In this document: one piece after another, positions 1 through 10,904 of the stretch | How the letters are laid out: the number at the start of each line of letters is the position of its first letter | How positions within the stretch are numbered: the first letter of the stretch is position 1 | From: Paecilomyces variotii | Lineage: Eukaryota | Assembly: GCA_004022145.1 (NCBI GenBank) | Contig: RCNU01000006.1 | Direction: 5' to 3' (one strand) | DNA: 64,000 bases | Made by a program: the position numbers and the translations under genes | The notes under the pieces: generated by a model | Told to the model about the DNA's origin: nothing | The model's input: only the letters and a program-made list of their open reading frames with translations | Database searches by the model: none

Positions 1-420
1 GCAGCGGTTGGGCAGTATTTCCCTCCGGGATCATCTCAGACGGTCAATCTACCCACTTTCCTGAATAGCATCTCCACGTTATTGGCTCCTTTGTCATCTT
101 CTCAAGAACTATTGAACGCCCTCGCTGCCTTTGACGATGATGACAGTGGCCAGATCGATGTGGCAGAGCTGAGGGATGCACTCCTGCACACGAGTCCTGA
201 GGCTGGGGAGTCCCCTCTTAGCGAACGAGAGATCGACGAAGTCATAGCCGGATTCACTGGGCGAAGAGCATTCGGGCGGACTGCACGAAGCGGTGGCTTT
301 GCGGGCGGTGCTAAGAAAGGGGACGTTTTCCGCTATCAGGAGTTTGTTGCTAATGTTATGGGCGGCCCAGATAGCGACAAAGCAGGCGCAAAGGCCCAGG
401 TGGATGCTGTGCGATGGTGA
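1..420 (+). CDS. Calmodulin-like EF-hand protein (myosin regulatory light chain-like), 3' part only
   Basis: Frame open from base 1; EF-hand loop AFDDDDSGQIDVAELRDAL and terminal FRYQEFV motif. Confidence 0.75.
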   Translation, partial: AAVGQYFPPGSSQTVNLPTFLNSISTLLAPLSSSQELLNALAAFDDDDSGQIDVAELRDALLHTSPEAGESPLSEREIDEVIAGFTGRRAFGRTARSGGFAGGAKKGDVFRYQEFVANVMGGPDSDKAGAKAQVDAVRW

Positions 421-1115
421 GACAAAGTCGAATCCATTTTGCTTATTCGGGGTTTCCTCGGGGTAGGTGTCATGGAGTTCCGGATTGGGATGAACGAACA
501 AAACGAACTATGATGGACGAAACATGCAGCTGTCATTCATGTCTCACATGCTTGTTAATGTTACCTTTATATGCGTGCGATTTGTGTATTTCTAGAACAA
601 TAATACTGTTCCGGTAAGATGGTAGACATGTATCCGATTTACGAGCGGAATCGACCATGGGCAGGCAGTAATACAGAACGAGATAGAAAACGGACCGGGC
701 CCTTTCCAATAATAATGCTTGGACTGGCAAGTATAGGCGGATGCTCCTCCAGTAAGAGTATCATCGGAGGATAATCCATCGATGGTATGGGAGCGGATCG
801 AGACCTAAACAATTAGGTTGATACTAAACATCGTCGCATGCGGCGCAAGGACCCCTCTCTGGCCTTCCCAGCCTCTCCAGCCATTCTGGTCTCGAATCGC
901 GCGTCGCGTGTCCCCGCATCCAACGTCCAGCGAAAAGAAAGCACAGGACATCCAGCAGAACCAGCTTGGCGATCGCAATGCTCTGCTCCGCTAGTGTAAA
1001 CTGACTTCGTTTACTTGATCCCGGGAAGTCTGTTGGATGCAGATGCTAATGCTGCTGCTGCAGCATACAGTCTCCCCGCTCTCAGCGTCATCGCGACTGA
1101 CACTGTGAAAAAACG

Positions 1116-2595
1116 ATGGCGAGCAAGCCTCCATCGCAGTCCAATCCTTCTAACGTCACCGTGCCACCGTCGCCCCGAACTGCGCGGACGCTGCGGAAGT
1201 TCCAGTCGCACCAGACGTTGTACTCGAGCTACTCGTCGATCAGCGGTCAGCAGCAGCCTTCGAATGACTCGAGTCCCTCGCGGGCTTCTGGGCTCGATTC
1301 TCCCTTCGATGCGCGAGCCCAGTCGCCAACAACTACTCGGCCACGGAGACGAACGAGATCGAACAGTGATGCCAGTGTGACGGGTTCGGCGATCGTTCAT
1401 CAGACCCCTAAACGACCCGCGAGGAAGACGGGGTCAGGGATAGGGCTGAAAAGATCGAGTCTCGAGAATTTGCTGAGGGATGGACCGCCAAACGGGGATG
1501 TTACTGGAGGTTTGAAGGAATTGCGATATCTTGTTCTGTCTTCGAGGGTGGATGCAGACAGTGATGGCATGGTAAGGATGTTTGCCTTTCCTTCGGGTTT
1601 AACCATGTGTCCACCTTGGGCAGATACTGATCCTGAGGCCTACAGTCCCCCTATAGAATATATCTCTGGCTTGCACTTCTTGATGTTCCCGCCCTGCCCA
1701 CAGACGAATACCTCTCGTTAGTCCACAGAGGGCGTTCACCCGCCTATACAAAGATCCGTAATGATACTTTCCGTACCCTCGCAACGGACCCTCTATTCAA
1801 ACGTCGGGTTACAGAAGCAAGTTTGATTCGGTTGCTGAATGCTGTCGCATGGAAGCTTCACGATGCCAAAACTGGGACTACGGGATCGCGGCCTGGTTCA
1901 CGGAGACGTGAACTTGAACTTGCCATTGATACCCCTCCAGTCATAGCTGAAGAACCATCTGGAGATATACCCGAAGTGAGCTTTGGTCCACCTATCAACT
2001 TCTCGGAGACAGCCGTCTACGTCCAAGGCATGAATGTCCTCTGTGCGCCCTTCCTCTATGCTGCTCGCAGCGAAGTCGAAGCTTTCGCACTTTTCCATTA
2101 CTTCATCACAAAGGAATGTCCAAGTTACATCCGAGGGGCTATGGATGGAGTCCATAGGGGTCTGAAGCTCGTGGATCGATGTCTTGAACTCGTCGAACCG
2201 AAACTCGCCAATTATCTTTTCTCTAAGGGAATGTACGCCGAACTTTATGCATTTCCCTCGGTGCTCACGCTCTGCGCCTGCACTCCGCCGCTACCAGAGG
2301 TCCTACATCTGTGGGACTTTTTGTTTGCATATGGGCCGCATCTCAATATTCTATGCATTGTGGCTCAGCTAATCAGAATGCGCGATACTATTCTCAAGAG
2401 TCCAAGGTACGCTAGCTACATGTTCCAAATACAGCATTGCCGTAGATTTCTAACTCAAAGATTCTCTCCAGCCCGAATAAGGTCCTCCGTTCATTTCTCC
2501 CTCTAAACGCTAAGGAGATCATCGCCCTCACGGTCCTCCTCGTCCGCGATATTCCTGACGATCTCTACCAGGAAATGGTAGACCACGCCAAATAG
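1116..2595 (+). CDS. bub2: Bub2/Cdc16 TBC-domain GAP (SIN/MEN, spindle position checkpoint)
   Basis: Exons ~1116-1571, 1646-2406, 2472-2595 with GT-AG introns; TBC motifs IRNDTFRT, YVQGMNVLCAPF, ELYAFPSVLTLCACTPPL, LWDFLFAYG. Confidence 0.9.
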
Positions 2596-3067
2596 ACTTT
2601 CATTCGAGAGCACGCTTAGTCGCTTCTTTTCCGGCTTTCCGCCTCTAAACTTCATTTCGATTCGTCCGTGTTTTGTGATATCTTGAAGTTTAACCCTTTT
2701 TTTCTCTATTTCCCTGGTAGCCTCCTCGAGGCTCAAAACGTTATTTTATTTCTGGATTTGTGTGATTATATCGGGCATTCTGTTTCTTTTCCCACCATGT
2801 GTCATTGAGCATTGGACTTTGGGGGTCTCTGCTGGTTGGAGCTAGTCTGGGATGAGCGATTTCTCGCATGTACCTGTATTTATAGCCTGTTTCCTTAGAA
2901 ATGATAATGACCATTTAATGCAAGAATAGAACGCTTCTTGGGAGAGACACAGGTAACGAGATCCACTTTTACAACTCTGGGTATCTAAACACGACACATC
3001 CCCGCTAGCCACTCATGATCTAGAGCTCTATGAGTTTTGAGAACCATCTATTCCTTCATGATAACCA

Positions 3068-4861
3068 TCACTCCTCCAAAGACGCCTCCCACAAACACCT
3101 CTCGCACAAACACATTCCGCCCAACGCTCCCCTCGCCCACTCCCTCCTCTCCTTGACACTCAATCCAATATCGCAATAATGATTTAGAATCTCCTCATCT
3201 TTCTTGATGCCCCCTCTGTTCCTTCTGCTCTCCCGCCCATCTTTCTCCTTCCACATCGCCCTCTCCTCCGTCGTTCGCGCCATGAAGGTAATCTCTGCAC
3301 CCCACTCCCACCTTACATTCGGATCGCACGAATGGTTGGCGAGACACCAGAGCGGATGCACGGCGCAGACTTCGGGGCCACCGTCCCATGTGGACAGACG
3401 GCCTGAGGCGGTGCCGCGGAATTTGGCATAGAGCGTATTCAGGACCCAGGTGTCGTAGAGAGGGAGAGTGGCGAAGGGGTCGAGACCCATTTCTTCAAGG
3501 ATGCGCATCGGTTGAAGGATGGAGAGTTGGAATGAGAACGGAAGGGTGGAAGTTGGGTCCGATTCCCAGGGCAGCAGGGTCTGTTCGGTAGATGTTGCTG
3601 ATGGTGAAATGACGGTAGAGGAGGACGGGAGATCATGGAAGTCTCCCCAGATGTATTTCACCTCGGGCAATTCGAGGGGATGAACCTCCTGCGTAGCTGC
3701 CATGGCAATAGCTCGGCCCAGGAGCAAAAGGTATAAGTAATCCGCCTTGTCTTTGGGATCAGGAATATCTTTCCCGATAGACTCGAGTCCTTCCTGTCCG
3801 CAGACAGCGGCGTGGTATACCTCCTGTGCGCGATCGTGACATTCCTGGCTGCAGAAGATGGTATCGTCGCACTCTATGCATGCAACAGGGGGGTTTCCTG
3901 ACGAGAGTTCAGGCAGAGGACCATTGCAAGCGTCGCACAGGTCGTCGTGTAGACGATTTGTTGCTGTCAAAAGGGACGTTTCTCGCAGGATGATCTCGCC
4001 AGGTGCGATGTCTTCTTTGGCGAAGAGACCTAGCTGGATTGATACCTCCTCGTTTGCGTTTTTGGTTTCGTCTTGTCCATCCTTCTTGGACCCATGGGAA
4101 GGATGGTCATTATGCAAAGCCGGCAATGAGACAGCTCTGACCTCACACTTTGGAGCAACATCTCCCAACCTCTCATTCAGCAACTGCAGCGTATCGGCTG
4201 CTTTGCGATCCGGCTCGTGTTCGTTCCATGGATACAGGACTCTGCGAGCGTATCCTTGAGCGTTGAGTGTTGTTGGGTTCAATTGGACTTCTTTTTCAGC
4301 TTCACCATCATCAGCAGCGGCAGAATTACTGCCTCTCCTTCTTCTCCGCTCCTGAATTGCTGAGATCCTCTTAATCTTCTCCATCTCCTCCTTCAGCCCA
4401 ATTTCCTCGCTCTTCACCAAATCACCATCACCATCAGCAAGGAGATTCATCCCACGAAGACAAAACTCATACGCATCGCGCAGGCATCCACAACGAACAA
4501 GACTCCTCACAAGAAGCCCATACACATCTCCTATAGAAGAATCGTATTCTTCTTGGGATGTCGGTGTAAAGTTTTCCTCCTCATCATCATCCTCTTCCTC
4601 CCCATCGCCCTCATCACGCTTCTCTTTCTCCTGCTCTTCCTGCTCCGTTACATCCTTCCTCTTTCTAGCCAAAAACTCACACCCATCCGGGTCAACCACG
4701 GACTCAAATAGAGTTAGAGCCCTATACGCATCCGCAGCCGCGAGGTCCGGATATCCCAATTGCTCGTGAATGCGACCGCGCTCTAGATGTAGGAGCGGGT
4801 TATGCGGATCCCCGTATAATCGGGCGGTTGCTTCTTCGCGGTGTTTGAGTGCGAGATCCAT
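3068..4861 (-). CDS. SET-MYND (SMYD/Set5-like) lysine methyltransferase
   Basis: Intronless 597 aa; GLFAKEDI, MYND-like CDAC..CIEC..FCSQEC..H..C, NHSCDPN, post-SET CLCERC. Confidence 0.85.
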   Translation of the reverse strand: MDLALKHREEATARLYGDPHNPLLHLERGRIHEQLGYPDLAAADAYRALTLFESVVDPDGCEFLARKRKDVTEQEEQEKEKRDEGDGEEEDDDEEENFTPTSQEEYDSSIGDVYGLLVRSLVRCGCLRDAYEFCLRGMNLLADGDGDLVKSEEIGLKEEMEKIKRISAIQERRRRRGSNSAAADDGEAEKEVQLNPTTLNAQGYARRVLYPWNEHEPDRKAADTLQLLNERLGDVAPKCEVRAVSLPALHNDHPSHGSKKDGQDETKNANEEVSIQLGLFAKEDIAPGEIILRETSLLTATNRLHDDLCDACNGPLPELSSGNPPVACIECDDTIFCSQECHDRAQEVYHAAVCGQEGLESIGKDIPDPKDKADYLYLLLLGRAIAMAATQEVHPLELPEVKYIWGDFHDLPSSSTVISPSATSTEQTLLPWESDPTSTLPFSFQLSILQPMRILEEMGLDPFATLPLYDTWVLNTLYAKFRGTASGRLSTWDGGPEVCAVHPLWCLANHSCDPNVRWEWGAEITFMARTTEERAMWKEKDGRESRRNRGGIKKDEEILNHYCDIGLSVKERREWARGALGGMCLCERCLWEASLEE

Positions 4862-5018
4862 TATACAGAGAATAATGAGAGATAATGGATAGGGGTCTAT
4901 TTTTCGCTCCTTCTCTTTTCCTTTCCTTGATCTGCCAAATCTGTCTTCAAAAAAGAAAATTCAAGTTCTTCCAGGAGATCCACCGCAAGCCCTCGAATTT
5001 TCGAAAAGAGAGGAGAAC

Positions 5019-5019
<1 letters not shown>

Positions 5020-5082
<63 letters not shown>
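5020..5082. repeat. 63-nt poly(dA:dT) tract
   Basis: Uninterrupted A run about 160 bp upstream of the SET gene start. Confidence 0.95.
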
Positions 5083-5085
<3 letters not shown>

Positions 5086-5751
5086 ATGAACCCCAAAAAG
5101 TCTTATCGGGTACGATCCAGCTCGACCCCTCCAAACAGGGCTTGTGATACTGTTCCGAAAAAAAGTAAAAATCTCCCCTTAAATCCTTTTCCTTTCAAGG
5201 AATCAGAACTCTCCGCAGCTTATCATAAAAAATCGGCTGCCCCGTTCGCCACTTGTGGTTATTTTTACCTGTTTTCCCCGCAATCTTCGTTGGATTTTTT
5301 TTTATGCTTTTCGGAAATTCGATATCACGTGATTACTTTAATTTACCTATCTGGAAGATCTTGATGCTGGTAAAGAGGTAATTATGATATTCTTTTCCCC
5401 CTGGTCTGTATTATACTTTTTTATTGGACATATCTGGTTTGAATATGGTTTCGTTTTAACGGTGGATATGTTTGTGATGCATTTGGAAAAGCGTTAAACA
5501 GTACCTTAGGTAGTCTCCAAGTTAATTATATCCGAGTGCCCACTCTGCCAAACTAATAGTATACCTACTGTTCATCCGGATTATAGTTAGAATGGTGGAA
5601 GGTAAGAATCGTACTGCAGCTAAATGACGCAAGATGCCAATCAGATAAGGCCAACTTGGCTTGAATTGTGTATAGAAAGTGCAGCATTGGTATAGGCCGC
5701 GCTACAACATATGACTTAATCTAACAAAAGCAAACTATCCCTTGCCATAGA

Positions 5752-6600
5752 CTAGAAATCACCGAAATATCTTCGGCGAGTCTCTTCCATTTCTAGCTCC
5801 TTAGGCATCGGCTCAAGAAATTTATCAATCTCATCACGCCAGAAATAGTTCTGCGGGTTCACTTGACAAGCAGTAGTGTATTCCCAATATGATGGATACC
5901 ATCCAGCTGTCTCCCAGTCAATAATACCGACAATTTCATCTCCAGAAGCTAGAATATTCAAGCTGCTAAGATCACCATGCGTAAATTTCAGCGGCCAGCT
6001 ACTCTGTTGCTGAACGATGAGTTCCTGTAACTCCGGGTCAAGATTTGGATCCAGGTATATGCCTTGACGTAAATGGGTATGAAAATCTTGAACATTGCTA
6101 AATGGTCCAAAATTCAGTGAGGGTCCTGGTAATCGACAGTCATATAGAGATTCGCCATTGATATTTGCAATGCCACATCCGTCAGGAGGAATAAGACTCC
6201 TCATCTCTTGGATCATCTGCTTTAGTTGTGATAAAACCTTCGCCTTTGATTCCTCACTTCGATCCATCCATCCAACTCCAATCTTGTCGCCATGAATCAT
6301 TTCCATGAGGATATAGGTCCAGCCGTGATGTTCGAAGGCGCAGAAGATCTTAGGCACAGGAATGGATGTATGGCTGGAGATATAACGCATCGTCGAAGCT
6401 TCAGAGAGCTGGACAAGTGGTCCATACTTGATACACAAACTTCGAGAGACGAAAAGAACGCTCCCCTTATGCGGCCGTATATGTTTCAGGAGTTTGATGG
6501 CCGCTAAGATAAGAAATCGGTGTAGAAGAGTGTCGTTAACAGAAGATGAATGAGTGGTGGATGAAGGGCAATGAATTTTAGATTTAAAACTGTCTGGCAT
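5752..6600 (-). CDS. Aminoglycoside-phosphotransferase/choline-kinase-like (APH) protein
   Basis: Intronless 282 aa; EASTMRYI..TSIPVPKI, Brenner motif FTHGDLSSLNIL, GIIDWETAGWYPSYWEY. Confidence 0.88.
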   Translation of the reverse strand: MPDSFKSKIHCPSSTTHSSSVNDTLLHRFLILAAIKLLKHIRPHKGSVLFVSRSLCIKYGPLVQLSEASTMRYISSHTSIPVPKIFCAFEHHGWTYILMEMIHGDKIGVGWMDRSEESKAKVLSQLKQMIQEMRSLIPPDGCGIANINGESLYDCRLPGPSLNFGPFSNVQDFHTHLRQGIYLDPNLDPELQELIVQQQSSWPLKFTHGDLSSLNILASGDEIVGIIDWETAGWYPSYWEYTTACQVNPQNYFWRDEIDKFLEPMPKELEMEETRRRYFGDF

Positions 6601-7236
6601 TCGGATTTATCAACATGTACCGGTCAAAAAGATCAAATTTATCGTGCAGGAGCAGCAGCATTATAGAATGAACACTTATGGTTGTTGTAGAGGCAAGTTA
6701 TGCTAGAGCTGTGGACGATGAAGAACGGCTGATCAATGGCTGGGAGATTTGGTTTATCCGTGCCGTGAGATCTGCTGTCCCGTTTCCCTGGTCTCTCTGG
6801 GATAGACAGAAAAGAAGGCCACAACTGACAGAGCTTAATAGCAACTAAAAGTTGCTGTGCACATGTTTAGCCAGTAATAAGAAAAGAACTCGATTTCAAG
6901 CCTGTGGCGCACTCTGAGCAAGTGTTATTCAGCACCGAGATCCTTAAAACTCTTCTATACAGACTTCTTCCATCTTCTATCTGAAACGGCTGTTTATTTG
7001 ATTGATGAGAATGCACCGGTTCTCGTCTACCGCCATTCTAAAGCCAGAAGCCTTTGACCTCGCGGTGTGATGAACAAAGCAGACTTCTGACTATCCCACT
7101 ATCACAAATAGAATTAATGGGTTGAGTTTTATTTTTATTGTCAAGATCCTCCATATAACATCTCCCTCCTCCAGGCCCAACCACCCTATCAACCCGAACA
7201 CGACCCCAATCCCAGGTTAAATCCGTCTGATATCGT

Positions 7237-7243
7237 TATATAA
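7237..7243 (+). promoter_or_regulatory. TATA box of the 5S rRNA gene
   Basis: TATATAA at -30 to -24 from the 5S start, the position known for dispersed filamentous-fungal 5S genes. Confidence 0.7.
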
Positions 7244-7266
7244 TCTTGGTTAGACAGGAAACTACC

Positions 7267-7385
7267 ACATACGACCATAGGGTGTGGAAAATAGGGCTTC
7301 CCGTCCGCTCAGCCGTACTCAAGCCACACGCCGGCAGGTTAGTAGTTGGGTGGGTGACCACCAGCGAATCCCTGCTGTTGTATGT
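7267..7385 (+). rRNA. 5S rRNA gene, full length (119 nt), dispersed copy
   Basis: ACATACGACCATAGGGTGTGG...GTTAGTAGTTGGGTGGGTGACCACCAGCGAATCCCTGCTGTTGTATGT; ends pair (ACATACGAC/GTTGTATGT). Confidence 0.97.
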
Positions 7386-7395
7386 TTTTATTTTT
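7385..7395 (+). terminator. RNA polymerase III oligo-T terminator
   Basis: TTTTTATTTTT directly after the 5S 3' end. Confidence 0.8.
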
Positions 7396-7792
7396 ATTGT
7401 TCCTACTCTACTTACTTTCTTTGGGTTCTTTTTCACAAAAAGGGAAGCCATATGGGGGTCGAGATATCGATGAAGGTATAAATGATGGGATGATCCGTTC
7501 TGGATACAGTCTCAGCGTATATTTATCGGGTCTCTTTTTCGGGGTTTCTCTTTGTTACAGCAAATTGGGTAGTTGAGTATGCTAGGAATCATACGCGGAT
7601 GTGCAAGGATTGAGACGGTTTTTTGGATCCGGGCGCCTTTTTCGTTTCGAATATTGCATTATATCATTAACTAGCACTCATGTTCACCGCTAGAATGCAT
7701 CGGTTATCAAACCAGATACAGAAAGTGCCAGCCCTTTCCTATAGGAACACAAGAAGTGAGATTCAATTGACGAACAGAAGACAGTTCCTGAT

Positions 7793-8675
7793 TTATCTCC
7801 TGCCACACGGCAACCCTGCCAAACCGAAAGCCCTAACTGCAAATGAATTTTCGGTTATAGGCTCGATTTCATCGGGATCATCTGGCGTGATACCAGAGAA
7901 CCCCACCAGAGACCTTTCCATTGCCATCAGTAATGTGAGAAGATACTCAGGAACTTGAAACGTACGTGTGCATTGATCCTCGTTCAAAAAATAGATGGTC
8001 TTTGCTAGGGAAGTCGTAGTACCATCCTCGCTGACGCATGTGTCTTAGTCCTAGCGTTAGCTGATGTAAAGACAGTTGTATACAGTTAAGGATACTTACT
8101 CGAGTATTCCTGCAAGTTGCTGGCGAATGGTATTGATCTCCTTCTTGCTGAACTTAGAGAAAGTAGTAACAGGGGATCCGGGAACTTTCGACATTGCGAT
8201 GGCGTGCAAGTAACCTCCAGGATATAGATCACTCGGATCTGCTTGAATTAGCTCGTCTTTGCCGTAGAGTATGGGCGTTGCATGATTTTCAGTTTGGCAA
8301 CTCTCTAAACAGTGAACTTCTTCCTTGAACCAATCTTCCGCCATCTCCAGTATGGTGGGTCTGTCCGATTCGAGGATCGGCCTAGGGTCCATTCTTCACA
8401 TACATATATCAGTCAGCAGAATGGTACCGGAGCCACATGGTCTCTTCATGGATCAGTGGAGAATATTAGCTCGTAACTCACTCAAAACGAAGCTTTAGGA
8501 TCACTTTTTCCTGATTGTCTGTTTTCTTCGCCTCGAAAACAGCAACTCTTTGAACAAACTCAGGGACATACTTTTCAGAGAGAACGCGTTCTATCAGGTA
8601 TTCATGATTTTGCACACATAGAATCTTTCTCTCATATCTGCTGAGGATGCAGCCGTTAGGGAAATGGGATTCCAT
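7793..8675 (-). CDS. Fungal protein-kinase-like (probable pseudokinase) protein, ~230 aa, 4 exons
   Basis: Exons 8675-8482, 8393-8100, ~8043-7964, ~7911-7793 splice in frame; VILKLRFE, EVHCLE, YPGGYLHAIAMSKVPG resemble a kinase N-lobe/hinge. Confidence 0.65.
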
Positions 8676-8748
8676 GACGGGAGAGTATGAGAAGTCTAGG
8701 GAGAGTAGTGACGATGACAGAACGAGAGTTGACGTTATAGGGGCAGAC

Positions 8749-8964
8749 AAGTGGAGCAGGAAAGGAAATCCAGAAATGATCAAGGGAGAGATAATAACAA
8801 TAAATGAGGGGGGATGTTAAGAGATATGACAATCTTTACGCACGTGACACCAAAGAGGTCTTCTACGCTACCCAAAGTTTAGAAAGCTTGGTCAACTCTT
8901 CAAGGACAATAAAACCGCGGTTTAAATGGCTTCTGCCTTGATCGCCTAATCCAGACGAGTAGTA
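8749..8964 (+). repeat. Repeat R1 copy 1
   Basis: Aligns with 11273-11494; identical 38-mer CTACGCTACCCAAAGTTTAGAAAGCTTGGTCAACTCTT at 8863 and 11392. Confidence 0.92.
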
Positions 8965-9478
8965 TTCCTGCAGGCATTGTAATATGTATACTAGGCCGCC
9001 TTACTATATGTACCTAGGTACCTCTCTAGGAGTAATATAACTTAGAAATGTATCCGTCGCAAGCTATTAACAGTCGTTTCGGTCGTTGCTACTATCTGTC
9101 TAGTAATCTAGGCCACTTCCTATTCTATCGGTCAGTCAATTATTAGTCCTATTATATCTGGCATTATAAATAGCGGTTTTGACACTATTGTTCCTATTTG
9201 CAGAGCCAGTGCACAAAACGTGAAAGCCAAGGAAGAAGTATCATCATCATCTGGGTCTACATCGCCATGGGAATTGCAGCTGCCGGTTTGGTCAACTACA
9301 GCCTGTCCCATATATCACTAAACGAAGTTGCCTTCTGTTTTCATTTCCTTACTATAATACACGACGTGCTAAAGAAGACAGAGATTCGTACACTCGACAC
9401 ACTAAGCCTGTTAACCTTCCATCGTGCAATACGCAAACTAATTGTCGAAAGTCAGAGTATTAAACCATTGTTCTACGC

Positions 9479-10346
9479 TTATAGAGCTTGCACTTTCCAT
9501 TTTCCTGATGTCTGGATGCAATTGTCAGTCTCACAATCATTACTTATGCAAAACAACGTGTAACTTACCAGACTGTCCCCGGTCCTTCTCGAATACCGCC
9601 ACTTCTCACCAGCCATATGCGCTATGGCTAAGAAGCATTCCCGTAGGCTTACCTGACCGAACTCATGGGATGATACCGAATCGTGATTGATCACTGGGGA
9701 TACCTGGAAAGTGTATTTCCCCGTCCGCTTGAGGAACACGGTTTCATTATAAGTCGAGTAGAACCCATAGAGGGTCTCGTTATCATCCATGTATCTTGCT
9801 ACTTGGCCTATTTTCATTCTTAGTATACTTCAATGACTTTTTAAAGGGATTTTTTTACCTAATAACTTGGCCAGCTTCTTCGGAGTCACATTAAGGCCCG
9901 TTGTCCAAGGTGCTTTCATCTCGTCAACAATCCATATTGTGCCCGGATCTTTATTGCATTGGACAGTGCTATCTGCCACTGTCCTCGACGACTTTCCATA
10001 AAGAGGCGTGCCAGCTTGAGGGTCTCCAAAAGTGAGACCTGGACCTATTTTTTTCTAAAAATGGGTGCAGTGGTATTCAGAGGTTATTGACAAAGCGGCC
10101 AGAGACACCAATCTCATTTCCAACAACGTAGCATTCAGAGCGGGTAATGGGACCATGGTTTCTAGGTTTTCTGTAATATCGATTCGTATGCCGTCTTATT
10201 TCATCCAGAAGGTTTGTCCACGGAGAAATCTGGTCTTTAGACAGTTTGTGACGGCTACGGGCTGGCCCAGTGCCATACCCGTCTCGGACTTTCAGTTCAG
10301 GCACCTGCATGGGGGCCCATATGTCGGTGAAGTCTGTAGGTGCCAT
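9479..10346 (-). pseudogene. PD-(D/E)xK restriction-endonuclease-fold (Crinkler-REase-like) gene, disrupted
   Basis: Reconstructed motifs VVGNEIGVSGRF, TFGD, IVDEMKAPWT, LGQVARYM, YGFYSTYNETVFLKR, VSLRECFL; two introns; in-frame TGA at 10077-10079 and a +1 frameshift in an A7 run near 10050. Confidence 0.7.
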
Positions 10347-10839
10347 TGTTCGAGTTCGAGTATTCTTAAAAACCGTAATGCAGTATTGGATTGAATGATG
10401 ATGGATTTTGCAGAATATAGCTGCAGAGGCTTTGAATGTTGACGATATTACGCGTATCGTGTTGGTGTTGTCAGTTGACTTCCGTTGAGACCAACGGCTG
10501 GTACGAATTATTTGCCCTGACAGCAGCACAGTAGCCCTCGAAGTGGCTGGGAGAACAGAATGGGGGGAAGTGGGAAGTGTTGCAGTGAGTGAATGCGTTA
10601 GTGGCGATAGGAACGCAGCTATGTTATCTTAGTAACACTTAGGCTTCTTTGTTATAACTCATTTGATCTTTCCTGTGACTTACGAAGGAAGTTTCCTGAA
10701 CTTGAGAATACATGAATATTTTTGGAATCCCTTGCTGTTAAATGTGTTACGACTTCTAATTGACTAGATGTTCATTCTAAAGGACAATTCCATCGATTAC
10801 TTTCTCCAGGCGGCACTTAGGGAGCTACTAACTGTAGAG

Positions 10840-10904
10840 AAGCCACACGCCGGCAGGTTAGTAGTTGGGTAGGCAACTACCAGCGAATCCCTGCTGTTGT
10901 ATGT
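10840..10904 (+). pseudogene. 3' half of a 5S rRNA gene (nt 55-119)
   Basis: 61/65 identical to 7321-7385; 5' 54 nt absent; followed by an oligo-T run and a homologous flank. Confidence 0.93.

Larger units (their letters stand above)
7321..10839. mobile_element. Putative non-autonomous 5S-rDNA-targeting integrated unit (unit 1)
   Basis: Starts at 5S nt 55 and is followed by a direct repeat of 5S nt 55-119 plus flank; carries two accessory genes; no recombinase seen. Confidence 0.4.

Noticed and set aside
4885-5364. 159-aa ORF with poly-Lys
   Set aside because: Artefact of the poly(A) tract in the SET gene promoter region.
6915-7110. Possible decayed F-box-like fragment (QVLFSTEILKTLLYRLLP)
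   Set aside because: Too short, interrupted by stops in all frames; cannot be supported without a search.
7236-7576. Short ORFs overlapping the 5S gene
   Set aside because: Shadow translations of rRNA and its T-rich flank.
10840-10904. 5S-derived SINE (SINE3) head
   Set aside because: SINE3 heads keep the 5' part of 5S; this fragment lacks nt 1-54, truncates box A and is followed by a Pol III terminator.
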